A DNA stretch of 63,773 nucleotides, the filler included, from Sphacelaria rigidula (taxonomy: Eukaryota), in the NCBI GenBank assembly GCA_964200075.2. It is 7 parts of 7 records of this genome, joined end to end, with 100 filler letters (N's around TTAATTAATTAA, not from the genome) between each part and the next. Parts side by side here need not be neighbours in the genome. Positions count along the whole stretch, not along the records: positions 18,253 to 27,277 come from CAXNAA020009481.1; positions 27,378 to 36,402 come from CAXNAA020009482.1; positions 36,503 to 45,527 come from CAXNAA020009483.1; 4 more parts are not named here. The stretch is one strand, 5' to 3'. Positions within the stretch are counted from its first letter, which is position 1, and each line of letters opens with the position of its first letter. Below the pieces are notes generated by a model, which was given only the letters and a program-made list of their open reading frames with translations, was not told where the DNA came from and searched no databases. Below, one piece after another: positions 25,442 to 37,490 of this stretch. The position numbers and the translations under genes were made by a program.

Positions 25442-26779
25442 GCTTTACCCCTTGGACAGCGAGCGTCGCCTCGGAGCAGTTTCACATGCTGACAGTCCAG
25501 AGACATTCGAGCGTTTTTAGTGGCCGGGAAGGGTGGTTTTTGAGGGGGGGGTGTCTGTCCGCAGAGGAGCCGAAAAGCTCACCAAGTCAACCATGTGTGT
25601 TTGGAAGTTTCCCGCGGAATATTGTGAGCCGTGCACGAGGCCCGAGAAGCGTGGTATACCCATTCTGACCAATCACGGTCGTCAAAATGAGCATTTTCTT
25701 CTGCTTCGGGTGGACTACATTGGAATGATTCGCTGTCTACCCCCACGACTCATTTTGGCCATGGGAAATCAGCCATAGACTACATGGGTACCAATAAATT
25801 GTCTTGTATCCTGTTCGTGGTCTACGCCGCCAGCCTGACCCCTCATGTGCTGCCAGCACAGCTTTATACTGTCTGTAGTATTGTTGAGCACAAGGCAGAG
25901 GCATCAGCAGCGTGCAGTAAATTGTGTTCAGTGGAAAGCAATGACACACTTATACTGTCTCTTGCCGTTGTATCCAGTGAAGACATACAGCACACATACA
26001 TACCGACTCTGCACGCAACTGACTGCAGGGCCAAAACTGGTCAGGGGTTCTCCGCGACTATTTTCCATGCGGATGACAAATATCCACATGTTCATGAAAA
26101 AGGTGTTTTGGGTAGCGAGAAAAGAGCACTTCTGAATCCCCAATATGGCATAGACCAACTCAGTCCACCTGCGGTCGCTGTCCAAGGGTTGAAGTGATTT
26201 TCCCCGAGCCAAGAACTACGTACTCAGTCGATCAATAGCTACGGCTAGAGCTTGCCATATTATATGCTGGGACAGTGACATCGAAGTTTATGTGGGCTCA
26301 TGCCTCAGGTCCATGCTGTGACAGGTGTGTACCGCGGCAAGGGCGATTGCGCCGCTGGTAACTGTTGCCCTTTATAGCGAACATCCCAAAGAGATCTTGA
26401 CAAATGAACAGCATGAAAGTTTTTTCACTCATCGTTTTAAAAAAGCGCCGCTGCCAAAAAAACAAGCGTCACTGCTTTTTCTGGGGGGGGGGGGGGGAAA
26501 AAGCCGAAGGTGCTTCTAGTTCCGTGGTCTTCTNNNNNNNNNNATGAAAGAAGTGTTATTTTTGTTATCTTGCATTAACAACCAGCCCGAACCAAAAAAA
26601 AAAGAAGCGTTGGTGGTTGGGGGGGGGGGGGGGGGGGTAAAAAGCCGAAAGTGCTTCTAGTTCCGTGTTCTTCTTCCGGCTTTTTCGCTCTTGGCTTTTC
26701 TTCGTCTCAACAGGACACGGCTTGATGGGGAAAAAGCGCCAAGGCCTACAAAAGAGCACCGCAGCTTTTTACCCTCGGG

Positions 26780-26945
26780 GATGTACTCATGATCTTGCAT
26801 GCCGTAGTCATAAAACAATTCACCTCACAACCCTACAAAGCCGAGACGGAGCACGCCGGGCTTTCGGCCAACCAGGGTGGCAGTCACCAAGCGCGAAGCG
26901 CCGTGATGTGTCGCGCGAGTCACATGAGGGGTGAGCTGCATTTCA
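26780..26945 (+). repeat. Dispersed repeat family B (inverted copies at ~44180-44350 and ~62385-62570)
   Basis: Shared core GACGGAGCACGC..GG..TTTCG..AAGC(G/A)CCGTG in three different contigs. Confidence 0.75.
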
Positions 26946-27277
26946 AGATTGTTCGGCTCGAAGCGTACGAAGCACTTTTCACATGGATGACAGCCTCCAG
27001 TTTGTTGCTTTATTTTCTAGTATGGCCACTTCCAGAGACAGCTAGGGGTTATCCCGCCTCATGGGTGTCTCACTATTTCAACACTGCGTAGTACGGTCAT
27101 CCCGTTGCGCGGAGTTGAGGTTATTTTCAATGCACAACATGATACAACTCGACCGCCATCTGGTTACCGCAAAAAAACGCAAGCAAGAAAAAACGCCAGG
27201 AACCGGTTACCTAGCTTTATAGCGGCGTGTTCTACAGCGTCGTTGCCAACCGACGCCAACCGGGGGGGGGGGGCGTT

Positions 27278-27377
27278 NNNNNNNNNNNNNNNNNNNNNNN
27301 NNNNNNNNNNNNNNNNNNNNNTTAATTAATTAANNNNNNNNNNNNNNNNNNNNNNNNNNNNNNNNNNNNNNNNNNNN
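27278..27377. other. Artificial contig linker
   Basis: N44-TTAATTAATTAA-N44. Confidence 0.99.
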
Positions 27378-28008
27378 CACCACTCGGCGTTCGTCCCCGC
27401 TGGGGGGGGGGGGGGCCGAGCGTTACGGGTGGGGGGGGGAGGGGGGGGGGGGGGGTGTTGAGCAACGTTTGCACAGGAAAAGGCCGCAGGGAGGTACAAG
27501 CGGTGGTTGCGAGCGTACGACTTTTGGTGCATGATGAAAAAAGAGATGAGCATTTCGCACTCCCACATCAGTGCCATGAACACAAAAGAACTCGTATACA
27601 GCGTTGGCATATAGAAGCAGAGGTTGAAATGCAAACACCGTATTTTCGTGTCGTGTGAACAAGTGTTGCACGGGCAGCTACAAACCGTGCACCCCGCACG
27701 GCACCACCACAGGAAAGCCGGCGGCTTACACCGGCAGGCAGAATATAAACCGTATCTACAACCGCTGTACAAGTACGGCGCCCCCAACCGCAGTTTTTGG
27801 CGCCAGGCGGTGTGTCATATCACCACAGGTTGTAAAACAATAAAACAGTCTTCGTTTCATCCCCACGCCCAACCCCCCCCTCTCCAAACATGAGTTGAAA
27901 AAATATCACTCGAGTGAAACCATTTCTTGAGCAAGAAATCAACACAGAGGACGGCCGTTCTAAAAGAAAACGAAACAAGAAACAGGAACAAAAATCCATA
28001 AAACTCAC

Positions 28009-29213
28009 CACACGTGGTTGCAGACCTTCGCCAGCATCCGCGCCTCGTGCCGCATCTCTTCCTCGCCGTCCGTCGATGATGACCGATTCCTATTACCATC
28101 ATCTATCGCTAACGCTGCCGCCGCCGTCACTCCCGCGGCCGCTACTCCTGAATCGGCGCTACCGTTCGAAGAGGCCGCCGCCGCGGCGTACGCAATAGAA
28201 ACCTTGAGCTCCTTCACGGCCACGTACATACCTCGCCACCGAGCACGGCGCACGATGCCAAATGACCCCTCTCCGATCACCTCATCCACCTGCACTTCCT
28301 CCGGCTTGAGCTCCTTGAACTCGTCCCCGCGCCCGCCATTCCCTGCACCATTTAACCCGTCGGTGCTGCTGCCATATCCCGGCAACATGCGCATGGGATT
28401 CAACGCTTGGGCGTCGCAGTACATGCCTTCTTCGTCTTCATCTTGCTGTTCACCGTTATTACTGTCATCGTGGTCGGGGCCTTTCGCCCCTTTTCCATGC
28501 TGCTCCGGCGTACTTGTGTGCCCCCCGTTCACCACGCTAGTCCATGCCATAGGCGAAGCATTAGCGCCGGCAGCGCCGCTGGGAGCGATGCCAACAGCCC
28601 CACTATCGTGCATGCTCTCATCAAGCTTGATGCCACCTGAAGCCCGTGTACTACGCTCCGCATCGACTGAGGAATCAGCAGCAGCAACATTACCGGAGTT
28701 CGCAGCCTCTGCCGCCGCCGTGACCGTTGCGACAGTCCCTCCACTTCCGTTGCTAGGCGCCTTACCGCCGCTCGACAGCGCATCCGATGACGCCCGCGCC
28801 AGCAAGAGCCTCAGGTGTCCCTTGAGGAATCCCATGGCTTCAAGGTCCGCCTCCGTGGCGGTGCCCATCGCCTCCAGCGTGTCAAAGCCCTGCGAGACCA
28901 GTCGCTCCTCGTAGCATCCAAGCCCAAGGCTAGTCAGCCACTCCGTCAACGCGGCCGCGGGACTCGTTGGTCGTGGTGGTGGCAGCGCTACAGGCGGCGG
29001 TGTTCCCATCCGTGCCCCGGGCCCTGCTGATGCCACCGCGATTGGTGTTGTTGCCTCTGCACCGCTACCACCACCGCCACCTGCCGCTGGTCCTCGGGAT
29101 ATCGGGTTGCCATTGGAGACGACGTCGGCGCTTCCGACGCTGTTGGTCATTCCACCTTTGCAAACGCAGCCCCCGTCTACACCGTCGGCTACTCCCATAG
29201 CAAAGAGCCAATC
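28009..29213 (-). CDS. Exon 5 of ankyrin-repeat/SAM/protein kinase gene: SAM domain plus kinase N-lobe (TKL/MAP3K-like)
   Basis: SAM: LTEWLTSLGLGCYEERLVSQGFDTLEAM..DLEAMGFLKGHLRLLL. Kinase: VIGEGSFGIVRRARWRGMYVAVKELK..EEMRHEARMLAKVCNH. Acceptor CAG|GAT at 29213, donor TG|GTGAGT at 28009. Downstream kinase exons not found in the rest of the contig. Confidence 0.92.
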
Positions 29214-29464
29214 CTGCCATTTGGCGCCAAATACGAGAGTGGGGAATGGAGATGAGAACATTGAGCTGTCGAAGCGCTGGGATGGGAACATGACGAGAAA
29301 GGCGCACACTTCACCTTCTTGCGTATCGCACATATACTACAGTCTCCTGTAACGCGAAACGATTCACCGTGCACTGTCCATGTAAAGCATACAAAATTTC
29401 TTTGCCCCCGCCGTTTCTTCATTCCGGCCTCATGTCGGGTTGAGCACGAAACATAGAAACTCAC

Positions 29465-29642
29465 CGCCAGATAACCATGTCCAGTCGAGTGCGCCAAGCA
29501 GCGTAAACAGAGGCCAGCTTTGGTGATGACGTTCGGCCTTGCGCCTCTCTTCAACAGCTCCTCAGCCACGCCGAGGTGTCCCGACCGTACGCTCAGCTGA
29601 AGGGGGTTCAGTCCCTTCTTGTTTGTGCGCTCGAGGTCAGCG
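29465..29642 (-). CDS. Exon 4 of ankyrin/SAM/kinase gene (ankyrin repeats)
   Basis: ADLERTNKKGLNPLQLSVRSGHLGVAEELLKRGARPN. AAG| acceptor and |GTGAGT donor, phase 2 to 0, consistent with neighbouring exons. Confidence 0.88.
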
Positions 29643-29830
29643 CTTGTGTTGGGGTCAGATACACGCACAAGACACCGTGTGTCGTGGATGGAATGAGGCA
29701 AGTCAACAAGGTGTCCAGGTAAAGAGGGGAAGCTGGAGACAGGTTATACAGAGGGCAACACATCTGGTTTGTTTGCATTTCCGTAAGGCACGGCAGAAGG
29801 CACCAAACACTTCTTCCTGTGCACGCAATA

Positions 29831-29903
29831 GTTGGTACCTCGAGTATCAATTGGGTACCTCGAGTATCAATTGGGTACCTCGAGTATCAATTGGGTACCT
29901 CGA
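29831..29903. repeat. 20-bp minisatellite (GGGTACCTCGAGTATCAATT) x~3.5, intronic
   Basis: Near-perfect tandem copies, directly visible. Confidence 0.9.
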
Positions 29904-30111
29904 CATGCGAACTCCCTCGTACTTCCTCACGCCCCTTCTTCCCCTACGATAAAAACACTTATACCTCCTTCCCTCCCCCCCCCCCGCAAAGGTGCTCCGT
30001 TTCAAAAGGGATGCGTGGTCAATGGTCAATGGCCAAACGACTAAGGCAAGCAACAAATGATTACGTCCCCCTCAGTACAACGGCCAGCCCTACCACAGCA
30101 CGAGCGCTCAC

Positions 30112-30685
30112 CCCATGTCGACAAGGTAGCACACTCCTTCCAACGACCCGTGCTCTGCAGCCTCCATACACGCAGTCCAGCCATTGTTTTTCCCCACCCA
30201 CTCCACTCCGACCTCTCCCCTCGCCAGTATCTCGCTCATCGCGACCGTATCTCCTATTCTCGCCGCCTTCAGCAGCCGATGCCCGGCCTCTTCGACACCC
30301 CTAGCCGCGGCCCCTCGTCCCCCACCCCTCCCCCTGCCTGCGGTACCGACGCTACCTGCATCGGCATCTATGGTTACCCTCTGTTGCGACTCCTTGTTGT
30401 TCGTGTTCGGGCCGCTGCCTGCCGCCGATCGTCGATCGCGACGCCTCCTACCGTTACCCCGATCGCTGTTGGACGACAGATCCGCCGACTGCCGATGCTT
30501 GCTGATGTGCCCATTTTTGCTGTGTGCTTTCACCGGCACCCCCGGGCACGATTTTTGGAGTAGTCGCAAAACGGCCTTGTGATTGCCCGCTAAGGCTAGC
30601 GCCGCTGCGCTAGAGCCGCCGCTGTCCGGCGTGGCTGGTGAGAGCCCCGCACCCACCACAAGGAGTCTCGTAACCGGCAGATGCC
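30112..30685 (-). CDS. Exon 3 of ankyrin/SAM/kinase gene (ankyrin repeats with a low-complexity insert)
   Basis: GHLPVTRLLV..LLKAARIGD..NNGWTACMEAAEHGSLEGVCYLVDMG. CAG| acceptor, |GTGAGC donor, phase 1 to 2. Confidence 0.88.
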
Positions 30686-31079
30686 CTGCTTTCCATTAGC
30701 CAGCATGTTTCGGGTGGGGGCGGGTGTAGCGTGTAGGGGTGGGGAGGTAAGTATGCATGTTGTGGCGAGCCCCTACGTGTGCACTTTTGGTTGGAAGAGG
30801 TGAAGAAGGTGGAGGAGGTGGCTGTTACTCGAGGTTATGAATTTGGGGTGGTTATTGTAATGTGGGGAACCCATAAAACGGTGCAACAGGGCTCTTGTTG
30901 GCGGTGTCGGAACTATTGCAATCACGACAAACCGCAGCTAACGTATGCATGCCAACAACAAGCGTAGCAGCAGCAGCAGCCGCAGCCGCAACAAAAACAC
31001 GATCCCAGCTAGCCGGAAATACGACGCCCTCTATTCCATCATCTCCCTACTCAAACGGCATAATAAAAAACACACGTAC

Positions 31080-31266
31080 CCATCTCAGCGGAACAGTGGA
31101 GCGCCGATCGTCCCTCTCGCGTAACCGCCTCTGCCGGGCACCCTCCTTTCAAGAGCGCCGTGCAGACGGGCTCGTCTCCCCTCGCCGCCGCCAGATGCAA
31201 AGCCGTTTCTCCTCTCGACGTCCTGATGCCAGGGTCACACGCAGGCAGGCTCAACAGCCACTCCAC
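31080..31266 (-). CDS. Exon 2 of ankyrin/SAM/kinase gene (ankyrin repeats)
   Basis: RGETALHLAAARGDEPVCTALLKGG..EGRSALHCSAEM. CAG| acceptor, |GTACGT donor, phase 0 to 1. Confidence 0.9.
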
Positions 31267-34200
31267 CTGGAGAAGCAATCACAGTAGGGGGGTGGGTGGG
31301 GGATAAAATCACACCTCCGTTGCACTCTACAAGAAGGGACCAAAAACACGTAACCAACACAGCAGGTGTTTTATGGGTGCGTGAAATTGGCGAATGTGGC
31401 GGGTACACTATAACCAAAGGATGGATGTTTTTTGGCACATTCATGATGGTGTATTGCCCAAATGCTTGACAGAAAAAGTGCTCTTTACACACCGTGCCAC
31501 TGTGCAGCTGGGGATGGTGGGAACACGACACGCCCAATTCTGATTTCGTATTAGAGTGAATGCGCTCAATATCGGGATCGGCAATGTGGCATTTTCCAAT
31601 GTGGCATTTTCCCTCGATTTTGTGAGCCACTTCGGTGGGCCGGATTATACGAGTGCGACATCCCCTCGCGGTAGAAGTTGACTGCTTCACTACCAACAGG
31701 TCTGCTACCCGCAATAAGCTGTGACTGAGTGATTCCATCACAGCAACTGTATAAACATGCAAACTATCCCTCGTAACAACAATGTAATCAGCTACGGACC
31801 CAACCGAAATATGCTCATACTGTGTTTCTGCTTTTAGATATGAATGCCGTTCGTCGGGTGCGGAAGGAAAGCGGAAAACAACATGCACAAATACACGTAG
31901 TCAGTCATGGTGTTGTAGCATACGACATACGCAGAAATCCCAAGCCTCCGTACAATAGTCCCATGGCTCGTTCTTGCCCAGCTGCTAACTCCACGCCTGG
32001 TTTGACGACAATCTGTTCAGTATCTCCGAAGCTACAACAGTTTCTGTGCGTGCTGAGACGTCGTATAGCTACCTATTCACCGACTGTACCGACTGTATTG
32101 TCGCAAAAATAGAAGCCGCTGCAAATTAATGAAGACGACTATAATACATGTAGATGATACCACACAGTTGGCAATTGTCACAGACGGCATTCTTAAGTTG
32201 CTGGTGCAATGTAGAAAAGGTGTCACTCAACGTTTCAAGTCGCCTCTAAGGATACAAGCTGGAGTACGCCAAGAGTGGTGACAACAACACGAGCCAGCAG
32301 TCTACTGGGGTATTGTAGGGCTTGCTACGTCCGATGACAAAAACAGTGTGTTGTCTTGGCTAGGAAAAAACGTTGCATGTGGCTGATGGGCAGGGTTGGA
32401 TCAGGCTGTACAGTCGACATCTCAATACCCCATAGTACCGCGTTTCCGTTGTACTCTGAAATTTTCAACGCAAGTACTCGGCAGAATTTTTGTCTGAAAT
32501 CGCCGACATTTCGCTGGTGGGTTGAGATGGGGGTAATCTGCCATGGTGGTCGGCCGTATTCTGAGTCCTCAAGTGTCCTGTCAACGTCCAGGCTTAGAAA
32601 CGTCGATTGCCCATAGGAGAAAATACTGGAGCATGGCCAAAGGTATACCTCTCTCTCATCACAATAATGATATTAAAATGCCTTCTTCTGTGGGGCTGCA
32701 AGGAAGCTGATCCAAGTAGTTCTTACACCACGCAATAATCAAGTTGTACAGATCATCCGACTTGATTTTAAATCACACCAGCTTGTCCATGAAACCAGGC
32801 TTAGTGCGAGCGCTCAGCAAGCACGTGCGATCACAATGAGTACAACATCTCTGAAAACCAAGGTACTTGCTCTCACATCACTGAAATCAAGCAATATATG
32901 AAAACTAGCGTAGCCCATCTCGGAACCGAACACTAGAACCACCCATTATACCCGCCTTGGGCTCTAGTGGTTGATGCTGATCGTCGTCGTAGCTTGCCGA
33001 TTATGTCCGGATCACAAATGCCCCTGTCATGGCAGGCCACTCGATTTCTTCACAGCAGCGAATCAATACACGACAGCCCCTGGACACCATGTTGCCAGCC
33101 GTTGATGGCCCTCAAAGGACGAGGGACAGGAGCGGCTAGGAAATTATGCAAAAGATGGCTATCGCTCTTGCCAAAAAAGTGACCATCCTCGTTTGGGTAC
33201 TGGGGTGCAGCATCCCTCTACAGTAACCGTCGAAGATCGGGGATGTGTGCTGCAGGAGCATGATATCTCAATATCCAGGATGCAAAGCTATGATGGGCAC
33301 TTGGTGGTATACATAAATTCACCTAGACTACATCTTTACAGGTCAAGCTGTTTTAGCTCTCAACGGCGTTGGCGCTAAAGCTGCGATAAGCCTGTTTACA
33401 TTTGGTTCCGCATGTCCAAATGATCGCGGGCGGGAGGTTGCTCGTACGGTAGAGATATGAAAACATCCCTTGGGCCGAGCAGCCATTTGATGATGACATG
33501 CAAGCACACCATGTAACATCAAAGTTTGCTTGAGGTTGGAGGGGGTACAGTGTTATTTACTACGGCTCTACCCCACCAACAGAAGGACTGCACTGTAGCG
33601 CGTGGGTACGGGCGCCGCAATCCGAACACACAGCGGTTTCGACGCGGGAAGCGCATCCGTTCGCATCAAATTTTCGGTCGCCGTCACGAGGCTACCGTGT
33701 AAAAAAGGGTCTTGTACAGTCTCTTGGTGAAACTTCACAACGAGTCCTTGGAGTAACAGCACGAATAATTGGATACACCACTTGAGAACACAATACGTGC
33801 TTGCCTTGGGAGATAACGGGGAGCTGACAAGTCTTCAGGGTAACATAGTGGCTTGAATACCCCGAACTACGTTCTGTGCAGCTAGGGAGTCGGGAGAGCG
33901 GTGGAAGATCGTGCAAGGCATTTCCACCTTGAGATACGGGAGAACCTGTGCTGTGCTGTAAAATTGATGTGCAACATGGTCCGTCGTAGCGCACAGATGA
34001 AGAAGATGGAGGGGTGAAATAAAACGGGACAATAAGCGGCGCAAAAAAACGCTCATCGAATCGACACGGTAGGTGATGGTGAGTAACCTTTAGCTGTTTG
34101 TGCTGCAAACTCGCACAGACACATCTTGCGTGCTGGTGACGGAGTGTATTCATCCCTGGAACGTCATGAGCGGATAAAAAACAGTTGGTACTGCTACATA

Positions 34201-34404
34201 TTGCACCCACGATATCGTAAGCTGAACGGAGCCCACCAGACACTGCGGAGTTGGGCTAGACGCCGAAACACGACACAACGCAGAGCGACAACAAATGACA
34301 CGAAGAAAAAAAGTGGCTGACAACTCCACCCTCTACTCTGTGTCAAAATCAGGCATAGCACTGCCATGGCGGTGCTCATTCCTCAAACCACTAGCATCAC
34401 GTAC

Positions 34405-34581
34405 CTGATGGGCTAAGCCGCTATGTGAAGCGAAGTGTAAGCATGCCCAGCCTTTCGCGTTGCGCTCCGACAGCAGCTTGGGATCATTGCCAGAAGCCTT
34501 GAATACCTGCTTCGCCTTGTCAAGCTCCCCAAATATCAAAGCCGTGTGCAAAGGGTGCCACTTGGAGCTGCCTTGGGCCAT
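34405..34581 (-). CDS. Exon 1 of ankyrin/SAM/kinase gene
   Basis: MAQGSSKWHPLHTALIFGELDKAKQ..NAKGWACLHFASHSGLAHQ. 59 codons ending at CAG|GTACGT, phase 0, joining to VEWLL of exon 2. Confidence 0.85.
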
Positions 34582-35434
34582 AGCCACTAATATTTTGGCC
34601 CAGCACAAAGCCAAGGGCCTTTTGACATCACCAAGGCTTGAAGGGTACGTGTATACGAGGTATGGAACAGGTAGATTTTATGGTTATTTTCCAGTCATGT
34701 CGTTTGCCCAAAAAACATTTTCCCTCACTTGAGACAGACAGGTGTACCTGCAAGACGCGGAACTTGGGGAACTTTCTTGTGGTGGAGAGACAAAGTGACG
34801 AATGGAGGGTAACAAGTCGTGCTACTTAGCACTCTTCCCCCCCTATCTTTACAGTACAGTATAGTGTACTGAGAGTCGACAACGTGCCAATCATGCCAAG
34901 GTTGGCAAAACATGGACAACTCCACAATGACTCCGGGCTACACAAATCTGAATGGTAGCAACGACATGCTAGCGAGAAAAGAGATCGAGAGGTGAATGAT
35001 GATGCTTGTGTGAAACAAATTATTTCGGGTTACTGAGGAGTACCGCGAGTCAGAAAAGATGGCTTCACCAAGCCGTCGCCGCCTCCTCGCATTTATCGTC
35101 TCTACACCACCACATTTTCAATGTTTCTTCCTGTCAGTGATCTAAAGTAGCATGAGTTCATCACAATGTTCATGCCACAAGAATCAAGACACTCTGTCAT
35201 TTCGGTTCGTGCTTCACCAAGTCTCACCCGTCCATAGCAGGGAGGATGGAGTATGGCAAACGATACTGAGAAGATAGAATATGACAGGATGACGCGATCA
35301 GAGGAGAAAGCGATCCAATGAGATCCTGTAAAACGTGCGTTGTTTCTCCCCTTGTTACTAACTCTTGCTTTCTCTTTCCGGCGATTTGTCTTACTACGAG
35401 AACGGTGGCTAGTGTTGACGAAAGTAGTCATCAT

Positions 35435-35695
35435 ATGATTCATGGCAACGAGTTTTTTCCACGGTCAGATAGAGTATCTGCTTGCTCTTCTTGGCGAAAG
35501 ATTTTTCACTACCCGTTCGACCAGGCGCCGACTCTGGGCATAAATTTCGTGCGCGCATCGCAAGAGGCCACAACTACGACGTACCCAGTAGCTCAGGCAG
35601 CACCAGAAGGTGCATATGATCGGGGAGAAACAGCAACTATTCACCTCGGGCAAGACCTTGCCAACCTTGGCTTGGGCGGTGTCGTCTGGGACTGC
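35435..35695 (+). CDS. Probable first exon of a METTL21/Methyltransf_16-family protein-lysine methyltransferase
   Basis: Ends ...TIHLGQDLANLGLGGVVWDC|GTAAGT. The IxQD..GxGGxVWD motif precedes SAM-binding motif I in this family. Start codon uncertain. Confidence 0.72.
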
Positions 35696-36402
35696 GTAAG
35701 TAACGCGATGTGCGAAGGGTACGTGCGCCCAGTCATTCAACGCTTACTCTCCCTTCAAACTATTCGCCGGGGTCTTGTGGGATTGAAATCTAAGAGAGCA
35801 AAGTTTTGGACAGCTGGCGACGACACGGCCAACTGAGTAGCTTCACATGTGATGAGTGTCGATTCGTCGGATTCCATGCCCTCTACAACAACAAATAGCG
35901 ATGCAAAATGATTGACATATTCCTCGCGAAGTACTACACCGCATGCAGCCAGTGTCATCACAGGTGGTCACTGGTACAACCACGCCGTCTGCACGGCAGG
36001 CAGGTAGATAGTCAGGCAAGCCGCTCCACAACTTAGTCGAGCATTCTCATTTTGGATCTCGCTTGGTTCTGTGATATAAAATGCATGGCGTCCTAGGACT
36101 TCATATCGTGTGGCCATGAAGTATTGAATTAGGTGAATGTGTGATCCACAACAAGTGCGTAACGTCCTCGGACTACATGTTTTCGTGAAGTAACAAGGTC
36201 TTATTTGGGTGTGACGCAAGTCCTCTTGGTCTAAATTTCTACCGCCGTAGTAGGAAGAAAAAGCACAAACGGGGTATCTACTCGTATCGCCTGGTCAAAC
36301 CAACCAACACTAACTTGAGCCTTGGGGGGGGGGGGGGGGGGGGAGCGCTTTTTCCTTTTTTCAAATTCACCCCACCCAGCCCTTTTGGGGTCTCCCCAAA
36401 GG

Positions 36403-36502
36403 NNNNNNNNNNNNNNNNNNNNNNNNNNNNNNNNNNNNNNNNNNNNTTAATTAATTAANNNNNNNNNNNNNNNNNNNNNNNNNNNNNNNNNNNNNNNNNN
36501 NN
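36403..36502. other. Artificial contig linker
   Basis: N44-TTAATTAATTAA-N44. Confidence 0.99.
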
Positions 36503-36542
36503 TGGCGCCCAGAATAAATGGGACGACACCACACACACACAC
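36503..36542 (+). mobile_element. 3' tail of a further copy of the tRNA-SINE (cut by contig start)
   Basis: GGCGCCCAGAATAAATGGGACGACAC(CA)n matches the GGCGTCCAGAATAGATGGGACGACAACACAC end of copy 1. Confidence 0.7.
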
Positions 36543-37399
36543 TACTGTAGGAGGAGCGTTTAAATATTCGGAAATGAATCATCACCGTCCGTATCGGCAG
36601 GCACATGCGAAATGAAAATGAAAATTGTTTTTTTCACGGCCGAAGGGCTAATTCAGCGGTGGGAAATAGTAGGCGGCGAAATGACTTATCTGGATGGCAA
36701 ACCCCCCCAAAAGGTTCCACTGTACTGTAGTACTGTCAATGCCATTGGGGATGGCACACAAACACAGCACACATCGTTGCCAGCTGTACATGAACTACCG
36801 TGCAAAATATTTGAACACTACGGACATACACATGGAACACAAAAAAAACGATAATTATTTCTCGATTGGTGGAAGTTACGTCGCTTGAGCATTTTCGCCG
36901 TCGATGCGGCCAATGTAATGTGGCATTCGGGGGGAAGCATCCAAGGGGTGGTGAGGGTAGGGCACGTGCACCCTCGAGTAACCCGAATTTCTAGTTGATC
37001 CGCTACTCGTAGGTACTCTGGATGAATACGGAGTATTTTCGGCAGTCGATCCCTACGTCACCCGGAATATTGAGTATTTCTAGCAGTCAATCTCTACGTC
37101 ACTCGGAATATTGAGTATTTTCGACAGCCAATACCTTGAGTGTCGTGGAGTTTTTTTGTTTCTTTTTCAGTCACACTTCGAGATCCTCCCCTTCCTCGGG
37201 ACAAGTCTGTGGTCTAACAGTGTCAGGGATCAACCAATTCACTTCTCCCCGGTACACGCCTTGCATTTTTGGTCTCGCCGATTGGGTAATGACTATCAGC
37301 ACTCCCGCACCGCATCACCTCTCGTCAAACAAACTCAGTTCACTATTTTTCGTCTTGCTCACGTACTAATGCTTTTTTCGACGGCGGAAATCAGATATT

Positions 37400-37490
37400 C
37401 GGGGGGAAAAACACCAACGCATCGAGAATCGAACCCACCCTCTCTCCACCCTAATGGTGACACTCGGACCATTAGGACACAGGGGTATGG
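37400..37490 (-). mobile_element. tRNA-like Pol III head (A box TGTCCTAATGG, B box GGTTCGATTC); probable second SINE family or tRNA pseudogene
   Basis: Box spacing is tRNA-like but no complete acceptor stem forms. Embedded in a GAGTA-repeat-rich element (~36960-37580). Confidence 0.45.

Noticed and set aside
26470..26680. Local duplications around 10-N gaps (also ~39745-39985 and ~55330-55560)
   Set aside because: Each pairs a poly-G/C run with an error-rich second copy across a gap; typical unmerged low-quality read overlap.
28018..28914. 298-aa plus-strand ORF
   Set aside because: Antisense shadow of the GC-rich SAM/kinase exon.
31400..34300. Decayed non-LTR retrotransposon in kinase intron 1 (similar anonymous tracts at 9250-11950 and 18400-19000)
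   Set aside because: Composition suggests old coding-derived TE sequence (for example RVADLLV), but no motif is clear enough to call without blastx.
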